64,000 nt of DNA from Hadesarchaea archaeon (GCA_029259175.1 JAPDJH010000004.1:128001-192000); one strand, 5' to 3'. Shown: positions 20,673 through 30,941, numbered from the stretch's first letter. The notes: generated by a model from the sequence alone, not told the origin. Made by a program: numbers and translations.

Positions 20673-21491
20673 ATGCGGACGAAGTTTAAGTACAGCGTGA
20701 AGGGCATCGACAAGCCACTGGAAGTGGCCAGATTGCGCCTCCAGGGCATGTCTTTTGGGAAGATCGCCGAAACCTTGGGGGAATACGTCCGGGCATCATA
20801 CCAGAAATACCTCTTCCTATGCACCGCCATGGAACGAAGCGTTGGGCTGATCGTGCATGCCCACCGCCTCTCGAAACGAAAGCTGAACCATAAGCAGCGG
20901 AAACTATTGCAAAAAGCCGAAACGGAGTGTGCCAAACGGGTAAAATACGGCGATCTAGATGCGTTCCACTGGTTGAGGAGATTATACCGCAGCATTTTGA
21001 AAGAGCGAACCTCTGGAAGGGTGATGCATCCTCTTGAGGAGAAAATGCTGGCCTGCGCCTACAGGAACGAGGGTTTTACTCCCACAGACTTCGCGCGCAA
21101 ATATGGACTCAATGTCAAGACCGCCCAGAAGACCTACCTGCTCCTGCGGCACAAGCTGCGGGCGGCGGTCGGGAACTTCGTGCGGCTGGACTCGGTGATC
21201 CCGGAGCCCCACGAGCGGGTGAGCAACCTCTGGCGGTTGGCGGCGCAAATTCGTGACTTGGCGGAATACCCGCCCGAGATCGACCCACTGAACCTTGCGG
21301 GGGAGGCCCTGCTAGGGGTCTGGGCCCAAGAGCTCGTGCTCAGGCGGATGCACGAGAAGGCGGCCGTGTTCAGGTGGCTGTCAAGAAAAGACTCTCTCCC
21401 TCCCCCTCAGACCAAGCTTTTCACACGTGTTCGACTGTCTGAATACTTGATTGAAATTATACGCGAAAGGCTTCGCCACCGAGAAACGTGA
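20673..21491 (+). CDS. Hypothetical DNA-binding protein with two HTH-like segments
   Basis: GMSFGKIAETLG and TPTDFARKYGLNVKTAQK; divergent from int. Confidence 0.6.
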   Translation: MRTKFKYSVKGIDKPLEVARLRLQGMSFGKIAETLGEYVRASYQKYLFLCTAMERSVGLIVHAHRLSKRKLNHKQRKLLQKAETECAKRVKYGDLDAFHWLRRLYRSILKERTSGRVMHPLEEKMLACAYRNEGFTPTDFARKYGLNVKTAQKTYLLLRHKLRAAVGNFVRLDSVIPEPHERVSNLWRLAAQIRDLAEYPPEIDPLNLAGEALLGVWAQELVLRRMHEKAAVFRWLSRKDSLPPPQTKLFTRVRLSEYLIEIIRERLRHRET

Positions 21492-21595
21492 AAAAATGTG
21501 TGAGCATCTGCTAGTCTTCGAACAGATATCTATAATGAGTGAGCATGAAAGAAGGGGGAGAAAGGCTTAAGACCGCGAAACCCCATAGGCAGACC

Positions 21596-21712
21596 GGGAG
21601 GGGTCAGCGCCTCCCCGTACACCAGAAGTATGACGTACGGGTACGGTCGGCTGTTTAGCATAGGCGGGATTGGATCCCGCTTTGTAGTGCCAGCCGTTCA
21701 TCATCCCCTCCC
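21596..21712 (-). ncRNA. Candidate box C/D (K-turn) structured RNA, 117 nt
   Basis: GGGAGGGG-ATGATGA ... CTGA-CCCCTCCC: perfect boxes C and D flush against an 8-bp terminal stem; three internal helices. Confidence 0.6.
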
Positions 21713-22028
21713 ACGCGCCTCATGCGCGCGGTTCGGCGCCTAGTTTCTTACTAGGAATTCGTAGTCTTCCGGTTACCAACAGCGACGCAAAGTTTGCCGG
21801 TAGTTTGGGAATCCTCTATTTTTTGAAATTTTTGGTGGTATGCGAAATCGAAACAAAACGGTCAAACTCTCAATCAATGATCTATAAAAGTCAAATACAG
21901 TGCCGCAACGAGGACACTTGAGTTTCACTTCGGACCCTCGGGGATTCCATCCCCTCGGACCCAGCCTCTGATATACCATTCAACGGCAGAAGTCAAAAGT
22001 TCCGAAGAGAACCGAAAATTTTAACTTT

Positions 22029-23558
22029 TTAGTTTCGCGTGGCATGTAGCAATCTTTGCTCCAAACATTCTATCTTTTTAAGTTCGGCTTTTATCTCTTT
22101 CCTGAACTTGTACCAACCCATGTAGTCTTCAGTCAGGGCAAGGCATCGATTCAATATATCTCGGGCGTTTGTAAAGCATTCACGAAAATCAGAACTTTTC
22201 CGCTTGAAGCATTTTTGTATTGCTGTTGCAATTTTCATCCTAGCAAGTATCAACGTCCGGATCGTTTCGTAGGAAATCCTTTCTTCTATATCCGTCGTTT
22301 CTTCCATGAGCTTTCGGAGCTTGTGTGCCTGTTTCTCACACTCTCTGACATAATCAGCAAGTATTTCGATTGGTCGTTCGCTTTTCGGAACATTTCTGCC
22401 CGTTCGTTTCGGAAGCGTAAAGCAAAGCTCTTGGTTCATCAATCCGTTTTTGACAAGTTCTAAATTTGCCTTTGCATGTTCTAGCAATACCTCCCAACCC
22501 GCTCGCTCTCTTTTGAGTCTCGCACTACGAATTGAATCCTCACTTTCAATTGGATATTTGTTTATTGCCTCTTCTAACAGTTCGAGATGCTTTTCATAGT
22601 CCTCCCGCTTGCCAGATCGTTGGTATCTATACAAGTGTGAATTAGACAACGCGAGCTTTGCTTGCACGGCCCAGTATGTGGCATTATGTTGATCATTACA
22701 ATTTCTAAAAATAACGGATGCTTTGAAAAGTTCTTTGCTCCGCTCCTCTTCGATTTTTGCTCTCTCTTCGAGTTGGGGGGCATCTTTAAAATGAAGCAAA
22801 GTGGATTTGAGCAAATGAAGATACGCCATTTCTGTTGTTATACTAGGATAAGCTTCAATTTTTTTCTGCTGGGCGATCGCTTCTTCGAGTATCGCTCTAC
22901 ACTCATCTACATTCTCTGTTAGAACCGAAAAACACGCCAAACTTCTTGCCTGTAAGGCCGCCGAGAGATAAGAGTTCTTAGCTTTTTCGGAGGCGATGTT
23001 AAACAATCTTCCAGCTATTTTCAGGTAAGTCTTTCTTTCCTCCGCTGTCTCGGCTGGCTTCTGCGTAAATTCCATTGCTTGTGCGGAAACCTTTGTTGGA
23101 TCCGGTTCCTCCGTGGCCCATTTTTCCCAACGAAGAATTTCATCTAGCTCACGTGTTTTTTCTATGCGCGTTTCCCGCATTTTTGTCAAGAATCTCTCCA
23201 AGATTTTGATGGCTTTACTTGCCTCTCCTTTCGTCGTTCTGCGTCCTTCGTGCTTTACTTGACCCCGCAATCTGTGGATTGAGAATACTTCCTCCTTATA
23301 TGGTAGCGCATAACCGAAACTCTCAACCTCTCGCACGAGTGAAGGGAAACTTCTAACCGAGGTCTCTCTTACTCCCAAGGCCTCAAGCCACCTTTTTAGC
23401 GACACCTCAAATGCCCGATCCACGGTGAGAAGAACCTGATCGTATAACCCACTTTTAAACACCCGCTTAGCCGTATCCAGATCTTCAAATGCTTTTTCAA
23501 AAAAGACCGGCATCTCGTTTTTCTTTCGTTTACGGAAGATCAGGTTTTTCCCTCCCAA
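22029..23558 (-). CDS. HEPN-domain protein with long helical C-terminus
   Basis: AFEDLDTAKR...AFEVSLK...RGQVKH (Rx4H). Confidence 0.75.
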   Translation of the reverse strand: MGGKNLIFRKRKKNEMPVFFEKAFEDLDTAKRVFKSGLYDQVLLTVDRAFEVSLKRWLEALGVRETSVRSFPSLVREVESFGYALPYKEEVFSIHRLRGQVKHEGRRTTKGEASKAIKILERFLTKMRETRIEKTRELDEILRWEKWATEEPDPTKVSAQAMEFTQKPAETAEERKTYLKIAGRLFNIASEKAKNSYLSAALQARSLACFSVLTENVDECRAILEEAIAQQKKIEAYPSITTEMAYLHLLKSTLLHFKDAPQLEERAKIEEERSKELFKASVIFRNCNDQHNATYWAVQAKLALSNSHLYRYQRSGKREDYEKHLELLEEAINKYPIESEDSIRSARLKRERAGWEVLLEHAKANLELVKNGLMNQELCFTLPKRTGRNVPKSERPIEILADYVRECEKQAHKLRKLMEETTDIEERISYETIRTLILARMKIATAIQKCFKRKSSDFRECFTNARDILNRCLALTEDYMGWYKFRKEIKAELKKIECLEQRLLHATRN

Positions 23559-24157
23559 GATTTTCGAGAAGCCCAGTGCTGATTGGTGAGGGTTGAAAGT
23601 CGGCCATCCTTATCCCGGGGCCAAACCACACAGAACTCGTAACCTCTGTTTTTGTATTCCTCACTTCTTTTTCGAAACTCCTTTTCACTCATGCTTGAGG
23701 ACTTGACATCAATGATTATCGGTCTGGAAAGTCGTCTGCTTGTTGCGACAAAATCCCCCATCCTCCACTGGCTTGGCACGGTTTCGTATATTGGCACCAT
23801 GAAAGTCATCTTGGGGATTATGATGTCCCGCAAAGGTTCACCGCTCTCCTTCTCAATGATTTCCGATCTCACGTTTGCGAGCCAAAAAAGGATCTGATAT
23901 AAGAATCCCTTCATCCGACTGCTTTTCCCTACAGCGCTCTCGAACTTTCTCCATTCGTCACGAATTTCGTCGTAGAGTTCATCGAATTTTTTCTTAAGGT
24001 ATGTCCCCCGCTGCTTTTTACTCTCCAGCTTACGATACTCCTCCGCGTTCTCGATTTCTCGAAGCCTGTTTCGAATGTAGTTGAAAAATTGCCGGAAAAC
24101 GTAGTCTTTGATCTCCCAAGCCAGCTCGGCTCCAAACGGTACCTCCGTTTTGTTCAT
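23540..24157 (-). CDS. Putative PD-(D/E)XK nuclease
   Basis: GDFVATS...IIIDVKS motif; overlaps the HEPN ORF start. Confidence 0.55.
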   Translation of the reverse strand: MNKTEVPFGAELAWEIKDYVFRQFFNYIRNRLREIENAEEYRKLESKKQRGTYLKKKFDELYDEIRDEWRKFESAVGKSSRMKGFLYQILFWLANVRSEIIEKESGEPLRDIIIPKMTFMVPIYETVPSQWRMGDFVATSRRLSRPIIIDVKSSSMSEKEFRKRSEEYKNRGYEFCVVWPRDKDGRLSTLTNQHWASRKSWEGKT

Positions 24158-24273
24158 GGTTCTCCCACCTCTCTTTGCGTGAAGGTTATTTATAAATACA
24201 AAAAATGTATTTAATACACTTTTTGAACATCTCTATTAATACTGAACTCGCAATTATTTCGGAAAGGGGTTCG

Positions 24274-24543
24274 TTGAACCTGGAGCTTCTGGAAAGGAAA
24301 GGGATGCTCAAGATTCTGAAGGCCTTGGCGGAGAAGCCCGAGATGAAGTTCACCGAAATCAGGCGAATCGTCGGAAGCCCGACCTCCACCTCCCGGTGTT
24401 TGCAGGATTTGGTAAAGGCCGGGTTGTTGAAAAAGGAGATCCTGCCCGATCGCTACAGGAGCGTCGAGTATTCCCTAACCCAGCGCGGGATCAAGGTGGC
24501 GAAACTTGTGAAGGAGCTGGAAACGGCGATTACTGGCGAGTGA
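24274..24543 (+). CDS. HxlR/ArsR-like winged-helix regulator
   Basis: MKFTEIRR...TSRCLQDLVKAGLL...VEYSLTQRG; TTG start after GGGG. Confidence 0.8.
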   Translation: MNLELLERKGMLKILKALAEKPEMKFTEIRRIVGSPTSTSRCLQDLVKAGLLKKEILPDRYRSVEYSLTQRGIKVAKLVKELETAITGE

Positions 24544-24637
24544 GTTTTCTCCCTTTAAATAACACCTCCGCTTCAAACTTGAGTGGGATAAGATCACGGC
24601 CCGCTCCAAACCGAACCGCGCCCCGCCTCCCGCACGG

Positions 24638-25369
24638 GTGTTACGGGAGGCTCTCCTCCTGTTCCCGAACAGGCGCTGGGTTTCCAAGGCGTTTCTTCAG
24701 GCCCTCAGCTCGTATCTCCGCTCACGGCGCAGGCACCCCATAACATACTGCGAGCGGTATGCGGGGCCGACAAAAACGCGCTCCTCGTGTGAGAACTGCC
24801 GGAGGTTTCGCCTGTGCGGACTGCGCGGGATGTGGGAGCGGAGGATGCGCGAGTTCGCCGGAAAACACCTGCGTTTCCGGGGTGCGCCGGCGGTCAGGGT
24901 CTTCGCGGATGCCGGACGGAGATCTCACGTGCTCAGGATAGGTCTGGAATACCGGGGGCGGCGCAGAGTTGACGCGATAATCGAGTACCCGTACGTGTTC
25001 ACCACATCGACCCACGCCGAGCTTTTCGGGGTGTACCACGCGCTGTACCTCCTGCCCGCAGGAACCCGTGCGGAGGTGTTTAACGATGCGGAGCACTGTA
25101 TGAGATCGCTGTCCCTGAACTCCGCTAGGATGTCGCCGGAGATTAGGGGATGGGCGGAACACATCTTCTGGCTGATCGAGAGCAAGGAACTTCAGGTGCG
25201 GTTTCGATGGATACCGCGGGAGATGAACGGCGCCGGAAAGCTTCTTGAGAGATTGGAGAACTCCCACGAGACGCTGGTTCTCAATGGATCCGTTCGCCGC
25301 GAAATCCCGAAGGGTACGCAGCGTCTCGAAGCGGTAATCCAAGCCTGCCTTAGACGCGCCGGAAGATAG
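24638..25369 (+). CDS. RNase HI-like domain protein with N-terminal Cys cluster
   Basis: VFADAG...STHAELFGVYHAL...EVFNDAE...FRWIPREMN. Confidence 0.65.
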   Translation: MLREALLLFPNRRWVSKAFLQALSSYLRSRRRHPITYCERYAGPTKTRSSCENCRRFRLCGLRGMWERRMREFAGKHLRFRGAPAVRVFADAGRRSHVLRIGLEYRGRRRVDAIIEYPYVFTTSTHAELFGVYHALYLLPAGTRAEVFNDAEHCMRSLSLNSARMSPEIRGWAEHIFWLIESKELQVRFRWIPREMNGAGKLLERLENSHETLVLNGSVRREIPKGTQRLEAVIQACLRRAGR

Positions 25370-25761
25370 CGGCAATCAAAACGACCGGCATACCCCGGAG
25401 AGTGCCAACATGTGTTGGCGGTGTGTCCTTTTGAAACGACGCAACCCGCTGATGGTGAAAGACTACAAGCATTTTGATGAGCTTGAAAAGCGTTTGCGCC
25501 GGGGTGAAATTCAGAATGAGCTCCTCGCGCGCCTGTTGGAATCGATTCTCGCTTCAAGCTGGGATGTGGATTCGCTGGAAATGTTCAACTAGACGGCATA
25601 AGCGGCCAAAAATTAGAACGATAGGGCTCGCTCGCGTAAGCTCGCTCGCCCGATAGAGTTCCTAAAATAAACTGAGGAACCTCGCCATGCCCAGTGCCGA
25701 AGGATCGAGAAACTTCTCACAATGAGATAAGAATTTTACAAGATCAGCTAATCAATATAGA

Positions 25762-26952
25762 TTGAGTGGGAACGTGGGCTGCCAGTTCACTGTTGTTGAT
25801 TTGTTCGGAGCACCAGGCGGCCTAGCTCTAGGATTCAAGATGACGGGAAATTACTCTATTTCAGTTTGTGTGGATAGCGATAAAATTGCGGCACAAACAT
25901 ATCAGACCAATATAGGGTCTCCGGTAATCACTATTCCAATCGAGAAGGTAAATTTGAGGGATCTGCTGAGGGTGGGTGGATTAAGGAAGAATGATGTCGA
26001 TGTTGTAATTGGTGGACCGCCGTGTTCCGGGTTTTCTATTGTTGGTCGCGTGAAAATAGCCTCCCTAGCACGAAATGGAATATGGACTCTACGTAACCAT
26101 GACCCCAAGTTTATAGACGACCCACGCAACTTTCTCTATAAATATTTCTACAAGACCGTGAGATACCTCAGCCCAAAATACTTTGTAATGGAGAACGTCC
26201 CGGGAATTCTCAGCTATGCGAAGGGAACGTTGGTAAGCCAAATTTTCAAGGATTTTAATAGAGTCGGATACCATGTGGAGTGGAGAGTTCTCGACGCAAG
26301 CAATTACGGTGTTCCCCAAGTAAGACGGCGGGTATTTTTCATAGGAAGCAAAAAAGGTCTGCCAAACCCGTTTTCGTCGGATGAATATGCTGACCCCGAC
26401 GATAGGAAAAAACGCCGTAAAAGAACCCCGACCGTATGGGAGGCTATTGGCGATCTTCCGCGACTCCGGGCCGGGGAGGGCGATGAAAAAATGCCTTATG
26501 ACCGTAAACCATTTGCCCCTTATCAAAAATGGGCTCGGAAAAGAAGTAAATTTGTTCACAACCATGTAGCCCGAAAGCACGGGGAACGCGATTTAAAATT
26601 GTTCAAATACATGCGAGAGGGGACGAAGTGGAAAGATCTTCCTGCAAGACTTAGAAAAGCATACGGCTATCGAGATGACATTTTTCTGGACAAAATAAGA
26701 AGATTAAGACGGAATAAACCGGCTTGGACGATTACCGCCCACCTTGCCAAAGATGGTTATGCATACATTCATCCAACCCAAAATAGGACAATTACTGTTC
26801 GGGAAGCCGCGAGGCTCCAAAGCTTTCCGGATACATTTATTTTCCACGGCTCGCGCACGAGTCAATATAAACAAGTCGGGAACGCGGTTCCGCCGCTGAT
26901 GGCACGCGCGATTGCCTCCGAGATAAGCCGAATGCTTCAAAAGGGAGGGTAG
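25762..26952 (+). CDS. dcm: DNA cytosine-5 methyltransferase
   Basis: DLFGAPGG (variant motif I), GGPPCSGFS, MENVPG, QVRRRVF, REAARLQSFPD, QVGNAVPP. Confidence 0.93.
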   Translation: MSGNVGCQFTVVDLFGAPGGLALGFKMTGNYSISVCVDSDKIAAQTYQTNIGSPVITIPIEKVNLRDLLRVGGLRKNDVDVVIGGPPCSGFSIVGRVKIASLARNGIWTLRNHDPKFIDDPRNFLYKYFYKTVRYLSPKYFVMENVPGILSYAKGTLVSQIFKDFNRVGYHVEWRVLDASNYGVPQVRRRVFFIGSKKGLPNPFSSDEYADPDDRKKRRKRTPTVWEAIGDLPRLRAGEGDEKMPYDRKPFAPYQKWARKRSKFVHNHVARKHGERDLKLFKYMREGTKWKDLPARLRKAYGYRDDIFLDKIRRLRRNKPAWTITAHLAKDGYAYIHPTQNRTITVREAARLQSFPDTFIFHGSRTSQYKQVGNAVPPLMARAIASEISRMLQKGG

Positions 26953-26956
26953 CTAT

Positions 26957-27604
26957 TTGGCCGAGAACCCAAGAAACCTTGCAAAAATTCTTCTTCAGTG
27001 GTGGAGAAAAAACAAACGGAACTATCCGTGGAGACGGGAAAAGGATCCTTACAAAATACTGATAGCGGAACTTATGCTTCAGCGCACCAAAGCTGATCAA
27101 GTAGCCATGGTCTATTCCCATTTTATTAGCAGATTTCCCAACCCAACAGCCTTGGCTTCGGCCCAGTCATCGGAAATTCAAAACTTTTTTCGACAATTGG
27201 GTCTGCTTTGGAGGGTGAAAAAGGTAAAAAAGCTTGGTTTAACGTTAAAAAAACGATTTGCGGGAAGAATCCCAAATAACAGAGAAGAACTACTTTCTCT
27301 GCCAGGAGTAGGCGAATACATCGCGGACGCTGTGCTGGCTTCCGCGTTTAATGAAAAAGTTGTTGCCGTTGATATGAATGTTTGTCGAGTCGTGCGGAGA
27401 TTGTTTGACCTAAAACCCCGCGGCGAGTGTAAACGGGACCCCCAAGTAAGAAAAAAGGTACAACAAATGATGCCGGAAAATAATGTAAAGGAATTCAACT
27501 GGGCAATGATGGACTTTGCTGCTTTGGTATGCATCCCGCGTAACCCTCGATGTCGAATTTGCCCCCTAAAAACAAAATGTTTGTTTATGTCGAGAAATCG
27601 GTGA
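26957..27604 (+). CDS. HhH-GPD glycosylase, probably a T:G mismatch (Mig-like) enzyme
   Basis: YPWR, ELMLQRT, LPGVGEY, C-x6-C-x2-C-x5-C Fe-S motif; short, with no MutY C-terminal domain; follows dcm. Confidence 0.8.
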   Translation: MAENPRNLAKILLQWWRKNKRNYPWRREKDPYKILIAELMLQRTKADQVAMVYSHFISRFPNPTALASAQSSEIQNFFRQLGLLWRVKKVKKLGLTLKKRFAGRIPNNREELLSLPGVGEYIADAVLASAFNEKVVAVDMNVCRVVRRLFDLKPRGECKRDPQVRKKVQQMMPENNVKEFNWAMMDFAALVCIPRNPRCRICPLKTKCLFMSRNR

Positions 27605-27634
27605 GATTCGGGCCACAGATTCGAAACGTGTCCG

Positions 27635-28369
27635 TTACCCTTTCGCGGTTTTCCTGAATACTGGGAGGAGGAGTCTTATCAGATCTTCTGTGTTCATCTT
27701 CCAAATTCTATAATTGAACCAAAGACTGCCGAGAACAAGACAAAGATGTCTGAGCGTTCCAACTCCGGTCTTTTTTGATGCCTCCTTTTTCAATCTGTTT
27801 AGCTTTTCGTCCCAAAAAATCTTGAACATAACTTCTATGGCGGTTCTGTGATACAAAATGCCGTAACTCCGTCCCAAGATTTGCTCAGCAGCATCACCAT
27901 AGCGGTACGGCGGTGTGGAAAGGAAAAGCTTTGCATAGTTTGGAATCCCCAACTTTTTAAGCGTCCGATATGGGAAGTATGAATAAGCAATAAGATGCCG
28001 ATAAAAATGCCTGCTCCCCGGTTGGAAAATATATCGGGCTTCCTCGCCGGGTTTTTCCGGACAAACCTGATCAAACCATAAGTATGTTAGCCAGCTCCAC
28101 ATGTTTACATGTTTTTGAAGAATCACATCGCGATTCTCGGCGCCTACTTGGGGATCCAAATTCTTTTCAAAAATTGAATCCAGATACTGGGCCATTTCCA
28201 GCCTGCTGGAAAACTTGCGGTGTTCATCCACGTATACGGTGGGGGTGAACTCTTCCACATAGGGTGGCCGGTTCAAATCGGGTTTTGGCACTGTCAAGTC
28301 CTCTTTTCGTTTTTGAATAAATTGTCGAAATTCCTCAATGCCCTCGCTTGTAAACATTCTGAGCTTCAT
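27635..28369 (-). CDS. Hypothetical protein of GHKL operon
   Basis: Start MKLRMFTSEG overlaps the upstream stop (ATGA). Confidence 0.7.
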   Translation of the reverse strand: MKLRMFTSEGIEEFRQFIQKRKEDLTVPKPDLNRPPYVEEFTPTVYVDEHRKFSSRLEMAQYLDSIFEKNLDPQVGAENRDVILQKHVNMWSWLTYLWFDQVCPEKPGEEARYIFQPGSRHFYRHLIAYSYFPYRTLKKLGIPNYAKLFLSTPPYRYGDAAEQILGRSYGILYHRTAIEVMFKIFWDEKLNRLKKEASKKTGVGTLRHLCLVLGSLWFNYRIWKMNTEDLIRLLLPVFRKTAKG

Positions 28370-29127
28370 AAGCTTTCCTCCTCCCATTTTACAAGACGTA
28401 TTTTTTGGGAAAGTTGCCGACAGAATCCTTCCACGGCCTTTTCCACCCAATCGAGTTTTTTCTGTATGTCTTCCTCTGTATCCGGAGGTCCCGTTTGAGC
28501 ACACTTTTTGCCAAAATTCAGCCATTCCTCTCGCCAATCGTCTGCAATCTCATCCGGTACCAATAAACATCTCAGCAATATCTCTCTTACCACGCTGGGA
28601 TATACGGCATGGACCCAACGCGGATCTTTTAGCGCTCGTTGCGGCACAAGGTCGGGATCGTACTCTAACACTGGCTGCGAGCCAACATCCGAAGGACAAT
28701 CAAACTCAAGACGCCAAAACCTGCCCAAGTTGGGTACCGCGCGTGTTGGTAGTAGACTTTCCGCCAGTTTTGGTGATAAAAGCGATGAAGAAGCGATTAT
28801 CAAGTTCTTTTTTGAGGGGTGTATCACAACAACTCGAATACGCGCGCGAATGGGGTCGGGAACTTCTATTGTTTTGCTAAAACACAAGTTCCGACTCTCA
28901 GATATTTTACCTAAAAGTTCGAAGTGTGGCGGTTCAGCCGGGAGATATATTTCCACATATACTTCCGAATCTGGCGGAAACGATCGCAATGGTAAGGTTT
29001 TCTTAACCTCACCCAAGTCTACCGAGATTGTAAGACGTTTTCCTTGAAACTTTAAATTCATTCGTTTGAGAGTGATTCTTCCCCGCGGATTTGCCGAAAC
29101 GTGCCGGGTGATGCTGGCTCTCCTCAT
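28366..29127 (-). CDS. Hypothetical protein of GHKL operon
   Basis: 253 aa ORF with ATGA coupling at both ends. Confidence 0.7.
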   Translation of the reverse strand: MRRASITRHVSANPRGRITLKRMNLKFQGKRLTISVDLGEVKKTLPLRSFPPDSEVYVEIYLPAEPPHFELLGKISESRNLCFSKTIEVPDPIRARIRVVVIHPSKKNLIIASSSLLSPKLAESLLPTRAVPNLGRFWRLEFDCPSDVGSQPVLEYDPDLVPQRALKDPRWVHAVYPSVVREILLRCLLVPDEIADDWREEWLNFGKKCAQTGPPDTEEDIQKKLDWVEKAVEGFCRQLSQKIRLVKWEEESL

Positions 29128-30935
29128 GTTTTTTCCTCCTCTATTTTCACTACCAAGTCGCGGTGTGGATCAAATCCGCTTACGTGAACACAGAAGTTCT
29201 TACCCATGTCAGATATTCGAAAGGAGTTTCCGCTTCTTCCGTCAATCCGACAGTTTTCCGCCGTGAACCTAAATTTCTCTTCACTCAAGTCGAATTCTGG
29301 GTGGGCCTCAAACGCCCGAAACGGGGAACTGAGTGTTCGATACGCGATCCAAACCTTGGCTGTCCGAGGCAATTTGCCCTTTCCAGACGAACAGATCTTG
29401 ATAGTTCCTTTTTCTCCGGACACCGAGAATGGTGAGGGAGGTGGCGGCGGGGGTGGGGGCGGTGACAGAATTGTTTCGCCTTTCCCCACTGGAAATATGT
29501 CGGCTAGCAGAGATCTCTCAACAGCTTGCGGTGGCTGGGACAACAGAAGAGCCAGATCTCGAGGCACAACGCGTATTCTTTGGAGGGTTTCACGAGCTTT
29601 TTCGTAACGTGCTTGAAGGTCTCGTCCTACTTCCCATTCCAAATGTTTGGGGCCCTCGGCCTCTCGCAGAAAATTTGATATAACGGGATCATTTGCTAGC
29701 ACTATGATCCAGTTTCCCTTTGGCACGCGAACCTTACGAGGTTCGTTTTGAATCCATAAGCCTTGGCGAAGCATGAAAACTTGACCGGTGTCCGAAGCTT
29801 TCTGAATGTAAACAACTATCTCACTCCGTTGGGATTTTCCCTTTTTGGGAGTCACATCTATGGAGAATATAAATCCCAATGGTCGCCCCTCCGAATATTT
29901 TTCCCGTAGGTCATCTAAATCGGAATTTTGAAACAGGTTCTCCGAAATTTTGTCAGCTTTGGGCAATTGGACACGTTTTGTATTCTCCTCTAGGGTCGCC
30001 CGGGCAAATTCAAACAACTCATTCAAAGTTTCTGGAGAAATGTGCTCCCAAGCCGTTTCCTCGTAGCTACACCGACGCGCAAGATCCGGCAACCTCTCAC
30101 GATCTAAAATTATTGTAGTACCTCTACGGAGATCCTCAATTTTTACCTCCAGCTCTCCACTCAAAATGGGATAAAAATATTGGGCGATGGCTGAGGCCAC
30201 CAACGTGTCTACCGTTATCACATCCAACGGAAACGGAATAACAAGTGACAGCCCCGCTCGGTTTCCGCGCTCCAATTGGAAAGACTGCATAAATTTTCGA
30301 GTTATGTGTTCGTCTTGGATTGGAAGCCGCCCTGGAAGGGAGAAGTAACCAAACCCTTCGTACCATTTCCCATTAGCTTCGTGAGATCGTCCTATGAGTT
30401 CTCCCATTAAAAGTGTGCGCGGAGATTCCGGAGGAATTCTTACTGTGATTCCCCAAATGAGATATAACTTGGAGGCGAGGGCGGCGGCGAGCCTACCGAT
30501 TCCGCATCTCCCGCGTTTTGGTTCACGAACTTTCGTGGATGTTCCCCACCTGAACCAAAAATCGTACCACCTGCTTTTCCCAAGAGGTGGAACGGTTTTT
30601 AAACCGAAATCGCCGGTGAGACCGGAAGTGCCAAAGTCTTCAACCGCTAAGAATTTCCATTTTCCTTTTTTATGGAGATTCTTCGAGTCAGTTTCCTCAA
30701 GGATAGAGTCCAAGTGCGGATCCAATTCCGTAAGAAAAGGCTCGATTTTTTCACGCGGAATCTTCCCCAGTGCAAAGCGAACCCGAACTTGCTGTTCCTC
30801 CCTAGCATCTAACGAGTTTTGGATCATTTCTCGAACCAGTTCTTCCGGGGATCCCTTGAGCACTCTCGTGCCGGGAAGATCCACTTCAGCACAGCGTTCA
30901 GCTTCTCGAAATTCCCAACGAGGATGCGGGGCCAT
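29124..30935 (-). CDS. GHKL (HATPase_c/MORC-like) ATPase
   Basis: REMIQNSLDA (N-box), VEDFGTSGL (G1), RGRCGIGR (G2); poly-Pro linker. Confidence 0.8.
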   Translation of the reverse strand: MAPHPRWEFREAERCAEVDLPGTRVLKGSPEELVREMIQNSLDAREEQQVRVRFALGKIPREKIEPFLTELDPHLDSILEETDSKNLHKKGKWKFLAVEDFGTSGLTGDFGLKTVPPLGKSRWYDFWFRWGTSTKVREPKRGRCGIGRLAAALASKLYLIWGITVRIPPESPRTLLMGELIGRSHEANGKWYEGFGYFSLPGRLPIQDEHITRKFMQSFQLERGNRAGLSLVIPFPLDVITVDTLVASAIAQYFYPILSGELEVKIEDLRRGTTIILDRERLPDLARRCSYEETAWEHISPETLNELFEFARATLEENTKRVQLPKADKISENLFQNSDLDDLREKYSEGRPLGFIFSIDVTPKKGKSQRSEIVVYIQKASDTGQVFMLRQGLWIQNEPRKVRVPKGNWIIVLANDPVISNFLREAEGPKHLEWEVGRDLQARYEKARETLQRIRVVPRDLALLLSQPPQAVERSLLADIFPVGKGETILSPPPPPPPPPSPFSVSGEKGTIKICSSGKGKLPRTAKVWIAYRTLSSPFRAFEAHPEFDLSEEKFRFTAENCRIDGRSGNSFRISDMGKNFCVHVSGFDPHRDLVVKIEEEKT

Positions 30936-30941
30936 AATAAC

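Noticed and set aside
21596-21712. TIGR array or canonical methylation guide
   Set aside because: Single unit rather than tandem, no Nop-domain gene recognised nearby, and the guide regions are base-paired
21773-21979. 68-aa ORF with a CPRC motif
   Set aside because: A single CxxC and no other support; cannot be distinguished from a chance ORF
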